From positions 32,001-96,000 of the IMG/VR virus record IMGVR_UViG_3300005253_000193: a stretch of 64,000 bases of DNA; one strand, written 5' to 3'. Each line of letters begins with the position of its first letter. Positions within the stretch are counted from its first letter, which is position 1. Source of the stretch: a virus. A program made the position numbers and the translations under genes. Shown piece by piece: positions 1 through 8,929 of the stretch. The notes under the pieces were generated by a model that saw nothing but the letters and a program-made list of their open reading frames with translations, had not been told where the DNA came from and did not search any database.

Positions 1-70
1 GGTTCCCTTGCAAATCGTTTAATAAAATAATTATCCTTATTTGGGACCCAAATGTTGCAGATATATTTCA

Positions 71-892
71 TTATTTTCCTCCAATCGCTCTCCAACAAAT
101 CCCATCACTGATTTCATCCAGGGTCCATTGATTGTTGGCCAAGGTACACGCCCATTTATATCTCCCGTGTGGTTTCCTTGGGTTGTTGATTTCCCTTATA
201 TTTAGAAGTCCCATTGTTGAAGCCGAGCATTGTCCTGTGCAGATGACCGGGATACCAGCAAGCACGGCTTCCACCGCTGAATTGCTTACATAGGTGACCA
301 AGGCCCAAGCCCCTTTGAGATCTTCTGAGAGTGGATTGTGGATATTGAGCCGTTTGCGAATCTTTATTGGGCGGTCGGTGTATCTTTGAATACATTCAAC
401 AGCGTTTTTCTCCCACAGCGTCCCATCAAATTGAAACAGAGCTGAGAAGATATCATCCGGGGGGCATAATATGATATGTCTTTTGTCGATGCGTCCATTG
501 AGAGGTTTGTTAACTCTCCAAGGTTTTATATTTATTCCGAAATGGTTGAATCTCTTTCTATATGGTCTTTTGGATATTCCGGTGTGCATATAGGCGTTCT
601 TTGTTATCCTATAATATTCGAATCTTCCAAAATAGGCGTGATCTCCATAGTACCAGTCTCGACCTTCGGCTTGAGCCTGCTTTAGATTGGGCCATAGATG
701 AACGCTTCCAAATAAGGCTATTGGTCCAGGCCAAAGATTGTCATGTTGGGTCAATTTCTTGCTCCCACACCCTTTGGCAAAGGCTTCACACCATCTTGGA
801 GATGTGGATTCGGTGGTGACTTCATAGACGTTTGGGAGGAGCATCATATTGTTCCAATATGTTGAATTGTGTAGAGTATACAGCGGGGCCAA
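71..892 (-). CDS. Putative glycosyltransferase-like protein (capsule-synthesis/GT-B-like phage protein)
   Basis: 273-aa ORF; C-terminal 'LVTYVSNSAVEAVLAGIPVI' resembles the GT-B nucleotide-sugar-binding segment; real start may be downstream (MMLLPNV). Confidence 0.45.
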   Translation of the reverse strand: MAPLYTLHNSTYWNNMMLLPNVYEVTTESTSPRWCEAFAKGCGSKKLTQHDNLWPGPIALFGSVHLWPNLKQAQAEGRDWYYGDHAYFGRFEYYRITKNAYMHTGISKRPYRKRFNHFGINIKPWRVNKPLNGRIDKRHIILCPPDDIFSALFQFDGTLWEKNAVECIQRYTDRPIKIRKRLNIHNPLSEDLKGAWALVTYVSNSAVEAVLAGIPVICTGQCSASTMGLLNIREINNPRKPHGRYKWACTLANNQWTLDEISDGICWRAIGGK

Positions 893-946
893 GCCTCAGA
901 CCATAAAAAAATAAAGAAGGCTTTCACGACATTCTAAACCTTATTG

Positions 947-975
947 TTGACTTTTCCACCTTCTTCCAGTAAATG
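947..975 (+). promoter_or_regulatory. Possible sigma70-like promoter for the head operon
   Basis: TTGACT at 947-952, 17-bp spacer, weak -10 TAAATG, AT-rich upstream; lies in the divergent intergenic gap. Confidence 0.3.
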
Positions 976-1021
976 ATTGAATGGTCAGTAGCTACGGGCC
1001 ACGGAACACCCGAATCCCGGC

Positions 1022-2434
1022 GTGGTGACGCATCATGTCGGGTTTGTGTCTTTAACCAGAGTGAGATGGCAAATGAACACCCCAGCTCGGCACCTCAGCG
1101 TCGAAGATTTCAAAGAAGCCACCCGCGAAGATGGACTCTCCGGGGAGTCAGTGATTCTTCGAAAGCAATTTGCCTGCGATGAGGTGAGAGCTATCAACGA
1201 AGAGAAGAGACTCGTCGATTTTGTTATTTCCACCGGCATTGTCGATCGTATGGGAGATACGATTGATCCCGCTGGTTGGAATCTCAAGCCATACAAGAAA
1301 AATCCTGTTGTGCTCTGGGCGCACGATTCCAGACAACCCCCAGTTGCCCGTTCCATTCGTATTCGGAGAGAGGGTGACGCTTTGGTTTCCCGTGCTGAGT
1401 TTACGGACCAGGAGCTCAGTCCCTTCGGTTTTTCTATTTTTCAAATGTACGTCCAAGGCTTCATGAAGGCGGTCAGTGTTGGCTTCATACCCACCAAATG
1501 GGAACGTGTTGAAGACGACGATGACCGCCCTTGGGGAGTCGATTTTCTGAAGCAGGAGCTACTCGAATACAGCACCGTCCCCGTACCAGCCAATCCGGAA
1601 GCTCTCATTTCTGCGAAGGACGCGGGGATTGATCTTCGCCCGATTAAGCAATGGGCTGAGGATTTGCTTAGTAATTGGGACGAAAGAGGTGACCTGCTTG
1701 TTCCCAAGGACGTTGTTGAGGAAATCAGGAAGGCAGCGGATCGCACCGGCAAGTCTACTTTTGTTGTGCCGGTTGAGGTGCAAGATGATCTTCTTGCCAG
1801 GAACCTTGCCGCCGTCAAGCACGGAGAGATGGGCTCCGATCAGCTCGATGGGGAGAGGGAAAGCAAGGAATTCGATGATCCTGATCTTGTTCCTTTGGAT
1901 TCTGATGAAGAGGAAAAGGGGGAAACTCCCGTGACCATCACAGGAACAGAAGAAGACTTTGAGTCGGTTGAGCTGGATGACGATCTCGAGGAGGAAAAGG
2001 ATGGAGACGATCTTGATCCGTTTGACGAGAGCGACATCAGCCCCGAGGCCTTCTTAGAGTCAGCAATTTCGGCTACCGACTATATTTCGGATGCCATCGA
2101 GGATGGCACTCTGGAGATCGAAAGTCGTAGTGGACGGAGGTTGGTGGACAACGCTATTTCCGCCTTCCGTTCCGCCGCCGATGACTTGGAAAAGCTCATT
2201 GGCGCGGAGAAGGAGAAGGAGGAAGACCCCCAGCCTTCAAGCAATGATGCATCCTCCGATGTTGAAATCAAGGAAGATAAAGAGACACCGGAGATTCCCG
2301 CAATCAGACAACCCAAGGTGGACCCCCAAGCGGTCGCGGAAGCGATCAAGGAGGTTTTGCCAGGTCTCATTTCCGAAACCATCAAGAGGAAGGTTCGGGA
2401 CAGTGTCAACAAGTTGAGCGGCAAGCTCGACTAA
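1022..2434 (+). CDS. HK97-family prohead protease with long acidic C-terminal (scaffold-like) extension
   Basis: Motifs 'VDRMGDTI', 'NPVVLWAHD', 'AVSVGFIP', 'LLEYSTVPVPANPEA'; likely start ATG 1073. Confidence 0.9.
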   Translation: MVTHHVGFVSLTRVRWQMNTPARHLSVEDFKEATREDGLSGESVILRKQFACDEVRAINEEKRLVDFVISTGIVDRMGDTIDPAGWNLKPYKKNPVVLWAHDSRQPPVARSIRIRREGDALVSRAEFTDQELSPFGFSIFQMYVQGFMKAVSVGFIPTKWERVEDDDDRPWGVDFLKQELLEYSTVPVPANPEALISAKDAGIDLRPIKQWAEDLLSNWDERGDLLVPKDVVEEIRKAADRTGKSTFVVPVEVQDDLLARNLAAVKHGEMGSDQLDGERESKEFDDPDLVPLDSDEEEKGETPVTITGTEEDFESVELDDDLEEEKDGDDLDPFDESDISPEAFLESAISATDYISDAIEDGTLEIESRSGRRLVDNAISAFRSAADDLEKLIGAEKEKEEDPQPSSNDASSDVEIKEDKETPEIPAIRQPKVDPQAVAEAIKEVLPGLISETIKRKVRDSVNKLSGKLD

Positions 2435-2482
2435 ACCCCTTGCAATGATGTCCCTTTGGGGGCAACAGAAAAAGGAACTACA

Positions 2483-3739
2483 ATGAGTGACAACGAAAAA
2501 GACAAGGGCGGAGAGGCTGCGGACACCTCCGAAGCTCCCGACCTTTCGGCTGTGGTCCGTGACGCGGTTGCAAGCGCCATGGAAGGAGCCGAGGATCTCA
2601 TCCAGGCGAAGATCGACGAGTCTTTGGCCCCTTTGAAGGCTCAGCAAACCGACTGGATGGAGCAGATCCGTGAGCGGAGCGACAGCGCACCAAAGACCTA
2701 TGAGAAGGGTATTGGTGCGGCTCGCTTCGTCCGCGCCATGGCTTTTGGCAGGGGTGACGTTGCGCGTTCAGTCTACTTCTGCGAGAAGGCGTGGGATGAC
2801 GATCTCAGTCGTTCCATCGCCAAGGCTCTCCAGGCCGGCGACTTCACCGCTGGTGGTGCTCTCATTCCGCCTGAGTTTGCGGCGGAGATCATCGATCTGC
2901 TTCGGTCGCGTTCCATTGTTCGTGCAGCCGGTGCTCGTGTGCTGCCGATGAACAGTGGCACCCTTACCATCCGCAAGGCGACTGGAAGCTCCACGGCGTC
3001 GTATGTTGGGGAGTCGACCGACATCGCCAAGACGGAACCGACTGTCGGCCAGATCGTGCTGAACAGCAAGAAGCTGGCTGCCATCGTTCCGATCTCCAAT
3101 GACCTCCTGACCTTCTCGAGCAGCCCCGCTGCTGACGAGTTCGTCCGGGATGACTTGGTGCTGTCCATTGCCACCCGTGAAGACCAGGCATTCCTCAGGG
3201 ACACCGGCCTTCAGGATACCCCCAAGGGTCTACGCTACTGGGCGCAGGCGGCCAACGTCTCCGGGACCAACGGCACTTCCGCGGCCAACGTCGAGTTGGA
3301 CTTCAAGGAGCTCATCGACGATTTGGAAGGCAACGACGTCAAAATGATCAGGCCCGTGTGGTTTATGGCACCGCGTTCCAAGAACCATCTGATCAACCTT
3401 CGCGACACCAACGGCAACTTGATCTTCCCGGACGTCCGTGGTGCCAGCCCAACCCTTTATGGCTACCCGGTCTTCGTTTCAACCAACATCCCGGTTAACC
3501 TGGCCGGTGCCGGGAACCAGTCCGAGGTTTACTTCGTCGACATGATCGATGCAATCATCGGTGAAGCCACGGCTCTCGAAATTGCTGTGGATGCTTCCGG
3601 TGCCTACATGGAAAGCGGGACCTTGAAGTCGGCCTTCTCCCGCGACGAGACGCTCATCCGTGCGATCTCACGGCATGACTTCGCCGTGCGGCATGAGGAA
3701 AGCGTCGCCATCAAGACCGCCGTTGTTTGGGGCACGTAA
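2483..3739 (+). CDS. Major capsid protein, HK97 fold
   Basis: 'GGALIPPEFAAEIIDLLR', 'YVGE', 'KKLAAIVPISNDLL', 'TLYGYPV'; SD AAGGA before ATG 2483; strong codon bias. Confidence 0.95.
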   Translation: MSDNEKDKGGEAADTSEAPDLSAVVRDAVASAMEGAEDLIQAKIDESLAPLKAQQTDWMEQIRERSDSAPKTYEKGIGAARFVRAMAFGRGDVARSVYFCEKAWDDDLSRSIAKALQAGDFTAGGALIPPEFAAEIIDLLRSRSIVRAAGARVLPMNSGTLTIRKATGSSTASYVGESTDIAKTEPTVGQIVLNSKKLAAIVPISNDLLTFSSSPAADEFVRDDLVLSIATREDQAFLRDTGLQDTPKGLRYWAQAANVSGTNGTSAANVELDFKELIDDLEGNDVKMIRPVWFMAPRSKNHLINLRDTNGNLIFPDVRGASPTLYGYPVFVSTNIPVNLAGAGNQSEVYFVDMIDAIIGEATALEIAVDASGAYMESGTLKSAFSRDETLIRAISRHDFAVRHEESVAIKTAVVWGT

Positions 3740-3811
3740 GCCTAGCGTTCTAGCAGAACTCAACATGGGGCATATGGGGGCGAACCACCCCCGCCCCAAA
3801 GAGACAAGGAA

Positions 3812-4306
3812 GTGACCATGACCAACAAATCTTTCCAGCAGGACGTCGGCGCATACCTTCATGGTGTCAATGCCCTCAACCCGGCTGTTGTCACGGCTAC
3901 CACCGTGGCGGCAGGTACGGAACTGGACGGCGTCGATATCAACCGCCTGTCCGATCCAGTCAACCTCACCGTTTCCGCCAAGGTTATCATTCCCTACAGC
4001 TACTCGTTGGCTGCGGCGGAGACCGCCACCCTCAAGTCGAACGCGCAGGACGGCGCCTCGACCACGGCATATACAGACTACGACGACAAGGACGGGAGCA
4101 CCGCCAATTCCGTGACTGTCGGTTCGACGGCCACTACCGCCGCGCAGACCGGCAACGGAGTTCTGGAATACGATCTGGATCTCGCCGCCGCACGTCAGTA
4201 TGTGCGAATCCAGCTCACTCCCACCTTCTCCGCCACCTCAGCCGATACTAACGATGTTGGTGGGGTGATGGTCTTTGGTGGTGGGACCGTGCTTCCCGCC
4301 GCCTAG
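3812..4306 (+). CDS. Capsid-associated/decoration-like protein, Thr/Ala/Ser-rich
   Basis: Follows MCP with the same high-expression codon bias; C-terminal 'RQYVRIQLTP' is typical of post-MCP proteins. Confidence 0.55.
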   Translation: MTMTNKSFQQDVGAYLHGVNALNPAVVTATTVAAGTELDGVDINRLSDPVNLTVSAKVIIPYSYSLAAAETATLKSNAQDGASTTAYTDYDDKDGSTANSVTVGSTATTAAQTGNGVLEYDLDLAAARQYVRIQLTPTFSATSADTNDVGGVMVFGGGTVLPAA

Positions 4307-4337
4307 ACCGTGACCGTGCAAAGGGGGTAACAACAAG

Positions 4338-4374
4338 GAAGGCATGGGCGAACGAACCCATGCCTTCTTTTGTT
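4338..4374 (+). terminator. Rho-independent terminator
   Basis: 11-bp stem GAAGGCATGGG/CCCATGCCTTC, 8-nt loop, followed by TTTTGTT. Confidence 0.8.
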
Positions 4375-4439
4375 GGTGAAGGATGTAGTTTCACTTGGTA
4401 TAATCGAGGCACAGAAACACGCATAGAAAGGGGATACCC

Positions 4440-4520
4440 ATGCAAAAGAGAACAAGAAAGCCTCCGAGGCAAAAGAGAACGAGAAAGCCTCCGATGCAAA
4501 AGAGAACAAGAAAGCCTCCG
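4440..4520 (+). repeat. 3 x 27-bp tandem repeat encoding (M/R)QKRTRKPP
   Basis: atgcaaaagagaacaagaaagcctccg / aggcaaaagagaacgagaaagcctccg / atgcaaaagagaacaagaaagcctccg. Confidence 0.95.
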
Positions 4521-5222
4521 ATCAAAAAATTGGCTTTGGTTGGTTCCGCTTCAAATACCAAGGACCTTGTTCCTTGGGAGGATGATTCGGTCGAGATTTG
4601 GGGGCTTGCCTGGAGAAAGGATCTTATCAGGGTTAATCGCCTTTTTGAGATGCATCCCTTTGCAAAGCATCGTTACAAGATTCCCAAAAACTATGTTGGG
4701 TATCTCGCGAGTCTCAGAACGCCAGTTTACCTTCTCCAAGAACACCACCGGATTCCCAATGGGGTTGTTTATCCCATTGATGTAGTTATCCAACGCCTTG
4801 GCCCCATGTTGGATAAAAACTCCGATGGGGATTATTTCGCATCCTCCATTGCTTATCTGTTGGCTCTGGCCATTGTGGAGGAATATGATGAGATCCAACT
4901 GTACGGGATCGACTTCATTGATACCGATGAGTACGGACATCAGCGTCCAAACATGGAATATCTCATTGGGGTTGCTCGCGGCTTGGGGATCAGCGTTTAC
5001 ATTCCACGGAAGGCAGCTCTTTGCTACTTCCCATATCGTTATGGGTATGAGCTTCCTGATTTTGGCCTCATCGATTCTGGCATTCTCAAGGAGAGAGAGA
5101 AGCAATATAATGAACAATGGGAAAAGGCCAGATGCGAGTTCTACACGGCTGATGGTGCTCGTCAGGAAGTGCGGCAGCTTCTGAAGATCACCGAACAAGC
5201 AAAGAAAGGACGCAGAGAATGA
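4440..5222 (+). CDS. Hypothetical protein, possibly sialyltransferase/Maf(DUF115)-like
   Basis: 'LALVGSA' and 'SSIAYLLALAIVEEYDEIQLYGIDF' resemble the I-x-L-x-G-x-D motif of GT29/GT42/Maf-like folds. Confidence 0.4.
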   Translation: MQKRTRKPPRQKRTRKPPMQKRTRKPPIKKLALVGSASNTKDLVPWEDDSVEIWGLAWRKDLIRVNRLFEMHPFAKHRYKIPKNYVGYLASLRTPVYLLQEHHRIPNGVVYPIDVVIQRLGPMLDKNSDGDYFASSIAYLLALAIVEEYDEIQLYGIDFIDTDEYGHQRPNMEYLIGVARGLGISVYIPRKAALCYFPYRYGYELPDFGLIDSGILKEREKQYNEQWEKARCEFYTADGARQEVRQLLKITEQAKKGRRE

Positions 5223-5647
5223 GCAATAACAAAGTCGTAAAGTTCATTATGCCTTGGCGTCAGTACAATACTGGAGAGCTTGCCAGGTTTGCGGGACCGA
5301 CGGCAGATGGACTGGTCAGAAGTGGCTTCGCCGAGTATCACAAATCCGGTGACGCTCCGGCTGCCACCCGCCCAAAACTGAGGCCCGAGCTCGGCGTTCG
5401 GGACAGGCGTGAGACGCCCGATGGCTTACCGGATGACCTTCGGGAACTTCCAGAGGGAGAAGTTCCAGGCGGCGTCATCGTCGAGGATGAGAACGAGGGC
5501 CTCGAAGCCCAACATGCGGGATTTGGCAAGTGGTTCATCTACCGTGATGGTGAACAGATCTCTGGTCCACACACGAGGGCTGCGGTCGTGAAGATGGGCC
5601 TGCTCGAAGAGAAAGCCAAATCCAAGAGGAGGGGTAGGCTCAAATGA
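5219..5647 (+). CDS. Hypothetical head-module protein
   Basis: 142-aa ORF with ATGA overlaps on both sides; 'YNTGELARF...ADGLVRSGFAE' resembles small post-capsid proteins. Confidence 0.6.
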   Translation: MSNNKVVKFIMPWRQYNTGELARFAGPTADGLVRSGFAEYHKSGDAPAATRPKLRPELGVRDRRETPDGLPDDLRELPEGEVPGGVIVEDENEGLEAQHAGFGKWFIYRDGEQISGPHTRAAVVKMGLLEEKAKSKRRGRLK

Positions 5648-5826
5648 TGAAGGCCAAGAAAACGAAGACCGTGAAGACCACCCGCTCACCACCGCCGCCT
5701 CCGAGGTCCGTCCGGTGGCCCCGGCGACATGGGGGGACAGAAGTTCTCCCACGAGAGGTCAAACCCAAGGACCGAAAGACCCGTCAGCTTGAGGCTGGCA
5801 GGTCCGTGGGGTACGAAACCAAATAA
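5644..5826 (+). CDS. Small basic protein
   Basis: 60 aa, K/R/P-rich, coupled to the upstream ORF. Confidence 0.45.
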   Translation: MMKAKKTKTVKTTRSPPPPPRSVRWPRRHGGTEVLPREVKPKDRKTRQLEAGRSVGYETK

Positions 5827-5909
5827 TACGTTCTCCTTGGTGGTCTGGAAGAAATCGGTTAGTCTGTTGGCTGACGGAACCGTAAGGTCTACGCCCGAAG
5901 GGAATTTAG

Positions 5910-6245
5910 ATGGTTCATACAAAGAATCTCGCATTTTATTCGGGAGATGACGTAACCATTAATTCTTCCGCTAAGGATATAAATGGAAACGACATCAATG
6001 TTACTACTGGCGCTTCCTTCAGTTGGAAGATGGCTGTGGATGAATATTCCGCAGCCATAGTTACGAAAACATCAGGTTTTGATACTGCGGGTTCAACTTC
6101 TAACGCTGGTTATTCTTTTACTATTGCTTCGTCCGAGTCGGCCGCTTTGGATGGTGTTTATTATCATGAAGCTCAAGTTACAAAGGCCTCTGTGACTACA
6201 ACCATCCTTAAAGGCTACCTTACCATCATTAGAGATCTTGCGTAG
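5910..6245 (+). CDS. Small beta-rich virion protein (BppU N-terminal-like)
   Basis: 'FYSGDD...GVYYHEAQV...TILKGYLTI' pattern. Confidence 0.5.
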   Translation: MVHTKNLAFYSGDDVTINSSAKDINGNDINVTTGASFSWKMAVDEYSAAIVTKTSGFDTAGSTSNAGYSFTIASSESAALDGVYYHEAQVTKASVTTTILKGYLTIIRDLA

Positions 6246-6253
6246 GTGCTCAA

Positions 6254-6907
6254 ATGCTAACCATTAATACAGCCGCAGTTTCCACGAAGCTCACGACCCT
6301 TTCCAGGGTTAAGAGAGAAATGGATATTGATACAACGGCTTCCTCATCTGATAAGATCTTGGACGAAACTATTCAAGAGGCTTCCGATTGGATTACTAGA
6401 TATACGGGCCGCACGTTTGCTCTTGAAACAGTTACAGAGACAATGGATACGGCTGGTAGGTTTAAGGTCGTTCTGGAAAAGACCCCTATAGTTTCTATTG
6501 TTCAGGTGACTCGTGATGGCACCACCATTTCCTCAACGGTATATGAAGTGGAAAATGCCAAGGCCGGTATTGTTTGGAATGAATCCGGTTGGACCCCCAC
6601 TCAGCTTCTAGCTAATTACATTGAAACCTTTCCAACTCATGAAGGACGTCGTGATTGGTCTTTCAATTATATTGCTGGCTATCAGATGCCTGGAACCACT
6701 GCTTCTACCCACGGGTTGGAGGAAACTCTTCCTAAGGACCTGGAACGTGCTTGCATCGATCTGGTCAAGACCAATTACTTCCGGCGCGGTGACGATCCTC
6801 GGGTCGTGAGGCAGGGAGTTGGTGATACCTTTGAGCAACTCTCCAGAGAAGCCATTCCACCCACAACCTTGCAAATACTGGATAGATGGAAGAGAATTGA
6901 CATCTAG
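6254..6907 (+). CDS. Head-tail connector/adaptor (gp6/gp15-like)
   Basis: 'LTTLSRVK', 'ASDWITRYTGRTF', 'YIAGY', 'LPKDLERAC', 'ILDRWKR'. Confidence 0.8.
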   Translation: MLTINTAAVSTKLTTLSRVKREMDIDTTASSSDKILDETIQEASDWITRYTGRTFALETVTETMDTAGRFKVVLEKTPIVSIVQVTRDGTTISSTVYEVENAKAGIVWNESGWTPTQLLANYIETFPTHEGRRDWSFNYIAGYQMPGTTASTHGLEETLPKDLERACIDLVKTNYFRRGDDPRVVRQGVGDTFEQLSREAIPPTTLQILDRWKRIDI

Positions 6908-6943
6908 CCGGTAGGACCGCAACCGAACAACGGAGGTCGTGCC

Positions 6944-7810
6944 ATGTTCAGAATCCCCGCAAATAGATGCTTCATGGTTGCTGAGATTGGTATCAATCAC
7001 AATTCCGATTTGGATATTGCCTTCAAACTTATCAAGAAGGCAAAGGAAGCTGGTTTTGATTGCGTCAAGTTCCAAAAGCGGACTGTTGATGTGGTCTACG
7101 GCAAGGAAGAGCTCGACAAGCCAAGGGAAAGCCCTTGGGGGACCACCAACAGGGAACAAAAAATGGCCCTGGAACTTAGCCGGGATGATTACGACGAAAT
7201 CAATTCATATTGTGCCTTTCATGACATTTTGTGGACGGCAAGCCCGTGGGATGAGGAATCGGTGGATTTCCTCATGCAGTATGATCCTCCCTACATCAAA
7301 ATTGCCAGTGCTTGTCTGACCGATGCCGGGCTTTTAAGGCGCGCTGCTGAAACCGAGAAGCCGCTTTTTCTGTCCACAGGCATGACAACCCTCGATATGA
7401 TATATCATGCTATGGAGGTTATAACCAATGCTGGCGGGGAAGTTGGTCTTATCTATCATTGCACGAGCACCTATCCGTGCGCTCCGGAGGACATCAATTT
7501 GTTGGGGATCAAGACATTGATGGAAGCCTTCCCTCGCATCCCAATCGGGTACTCAGGTCACGAACCGGGTTTGCCCCCTTCGGTAATGGCGGCTGCCTTG
7601 GGGGCAAGGTCCATCGAAAGGCATATCACATTACAACGTTCCATGTATGGAAGTGATCAGGCGGCATCTCTTGACCCCGAGGGCTTCCGCAGGCTGGTCC
7701 GAGACGTTCGTCTGTGGGAGGCTGTTAGAGGGGATGGCATCCTTCGCATATGTGAGTCCGAGAAGGCAGTTGAAAAGAAGCTACGCCGAAAAAACAATTT
7801 GGGGAACTGA
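6944..7810 (+). CDS. neuB: N-acylneuraminate/nonulosonate(-9-P) synthase, short form without SAF domain
   Basis: 'AEIGINHN', 'VKFQKR', 'KIASA', 'STGM', 'HCTSTYP', 'GYSGHE', 'IERHITL', 'GSDQAASL'. Confidence 0.95.
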   Translation: MFRIPANRCFMVAEIGINHNSDLDIAFKLIKKAKEAGFDCVKFQKRTVDVVYGKEELDKPRESPWGTTNREQKMALELSRDDYDEINSYCAFHDILWTASPWDEESVDFLMQYDPPYIKIASACLTDAGLLRRAAETEKPLFLSTGMTTLDMIYHAMEVITNAGGEVGLIYHCTSTYPCAPEDINLLGIKTLMEAFPRIPIGYSGHEPGLPPSVMAAALGARSIERHITLQRSMYGSDQAASLDPEGFRRLVRDVRLWEAVRGDGILRICESEKAVEKKLRRKNNLGN

Positions 7811-7811
7811 T

Positions 7812-8279
7812 ATGACTGTGATACGAGTTCTGGTTCTTGACTTTGACGGTGTCCTAACTGACAATTTGGTCCATGTTGATTCCGAGGGGAAGGAGTCCGT
7901 GTGTTGTTCCCGAGCGGATAGTCTTGGGATTGCTATGGTGGTGGAGAGTGGTATAAAAGTTTTTGTTCTTTCATCAGAAAAGGATCCGGTTGTTGCCCAC
8001 CGTTGCCAGAAAATGGGACTGGACTATGCGAAGGGTATAGAGGACAAGAGAACGTTTCTTGGGAGTTGGTTGGCCCACAATAATTTCAGTTCGCGGGAGC
8101 TCATGTATATAGGGAATGATATCAATGATATTGGCTGCCTTGAACTGGCTGAAATTGGCGCTGTGGTGCCTGGGTCGCCTCCTGACGTGGTAGCGGTGGC
8201 CAATTGTTTTTTGAATGCACCAGGGGGGCGTGGGGCGGTGCGAGAGGCCTGCGACTTACTGCTCTCCGGGGACATTTAA
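7812..8279 (+). CDS. kdsC: KdsC-family HAD phosphatase (KDO-8-P/KDN-9-P phosphatase-like)
   Basis: 'LDFDGVLTD', 'YIGNDIND', 'GGRGAVRE'; ATG 7812 directly after the neuB stop. Confidence 0.9.
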   Translation: MTVIRVLVLDFDGVLTDNLVHVDSEGKESVCCSRADSLGIAMVVESGIKVFVLSSEKDPVVAHRCQKMGLDYAKGIEDKRTFLGSWLAHNNFSSRELMYIGNDINDIGCLELAEIGAVVPGSPPDVVAVANCFLNAPGGRGAVREACDLLLSGDI

Positions 8280-8929
8280 TGGTCACTGCCATAATTCCGG
8301 CTCGGGGGGGTTCTCAGGGCATAACTCGCAAGAATGTTCAGCCCTTGGGTGACAAGCCTTTGTTTGCTTGGAGCATAGAAGTTGCTCATGAAGCTGGGAT
8401 GCGCGTCGTGGTAAATACGGACGATGCGGAAATAGGCCGTATGTGCGAAGACTTTTGTGTTGAGGTAGTCATGGCCTCATCCTCTGTACATTCTGGCCAT
8501 GCTATTAATCCAACACTTCACACTATTAGTCAATTGGATCTCCTACAAGAGGAGAAGATATTTTTACTCCTTCCTACAGGGCCTCTCAGAAAGGTTGATG
8601 ATTTGATCATGGCCTTGAAAATAATGAAGGCCATGAAGGCTCCTTCTGTAATAGGAGTTTCCAGGACGAAGCCAAAACACAGTTTGAGGTGGATTAGGGA
8701 TGGTAAACTGGTCCGCCTTGAAACGGGAAATCCAAATAAACAAAGACAGGAGGTTGAGCAGCTTTACACTGTGAACGGAAATCTTTTCTTGTCCAGTGTT
8801 GAGGTCCTGGAAAGGGAGAAAACTTTTCATGTTGATGGAGCAGTACCGATTGTCATGAGTGGACCTTGTGTTGACATAGATGATTCTGGTGATTTGGATC
8901 TGGCTCGTATTTTGAAGGAAAGAGAATGA
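8279..8929 (+). CDS. neuA: CMP-nonulosonate synthetase (acylneuraminate cytidylyltransferase)
   Basis: 'IIPARGGSQGITRKN', 'NTDD', 'PTGPLR', 'NGNLF', 'DIDDSGDL'; TAATG overlap. Confidence 0.9.
   Translation: MVTAIIPARGGSQGITRKNVQPLGDKPLFAWSIEVAHEAGMRVVVNTDDAEIGRMCEDFCVEVVMASSSVHSGHAINPTLHTISQLDLLQEEKIFLLLPTGPLRKVDDLIMALKIMKAMKAPSVIGVSRTKPKHSLRWIRDGKLVRLETGNPNKQRQEVEQLYTVNGNLFLSSVEVLEREKTFHVDGAVPIVMSGPCVDIDDSGDLDLARILKERE

Noticed and set aside
3767-3797. GC hairpin after the major capsid gene as a terminator
   Set aside because: No U-tract follows; it is at most a stabilising or processing stem.
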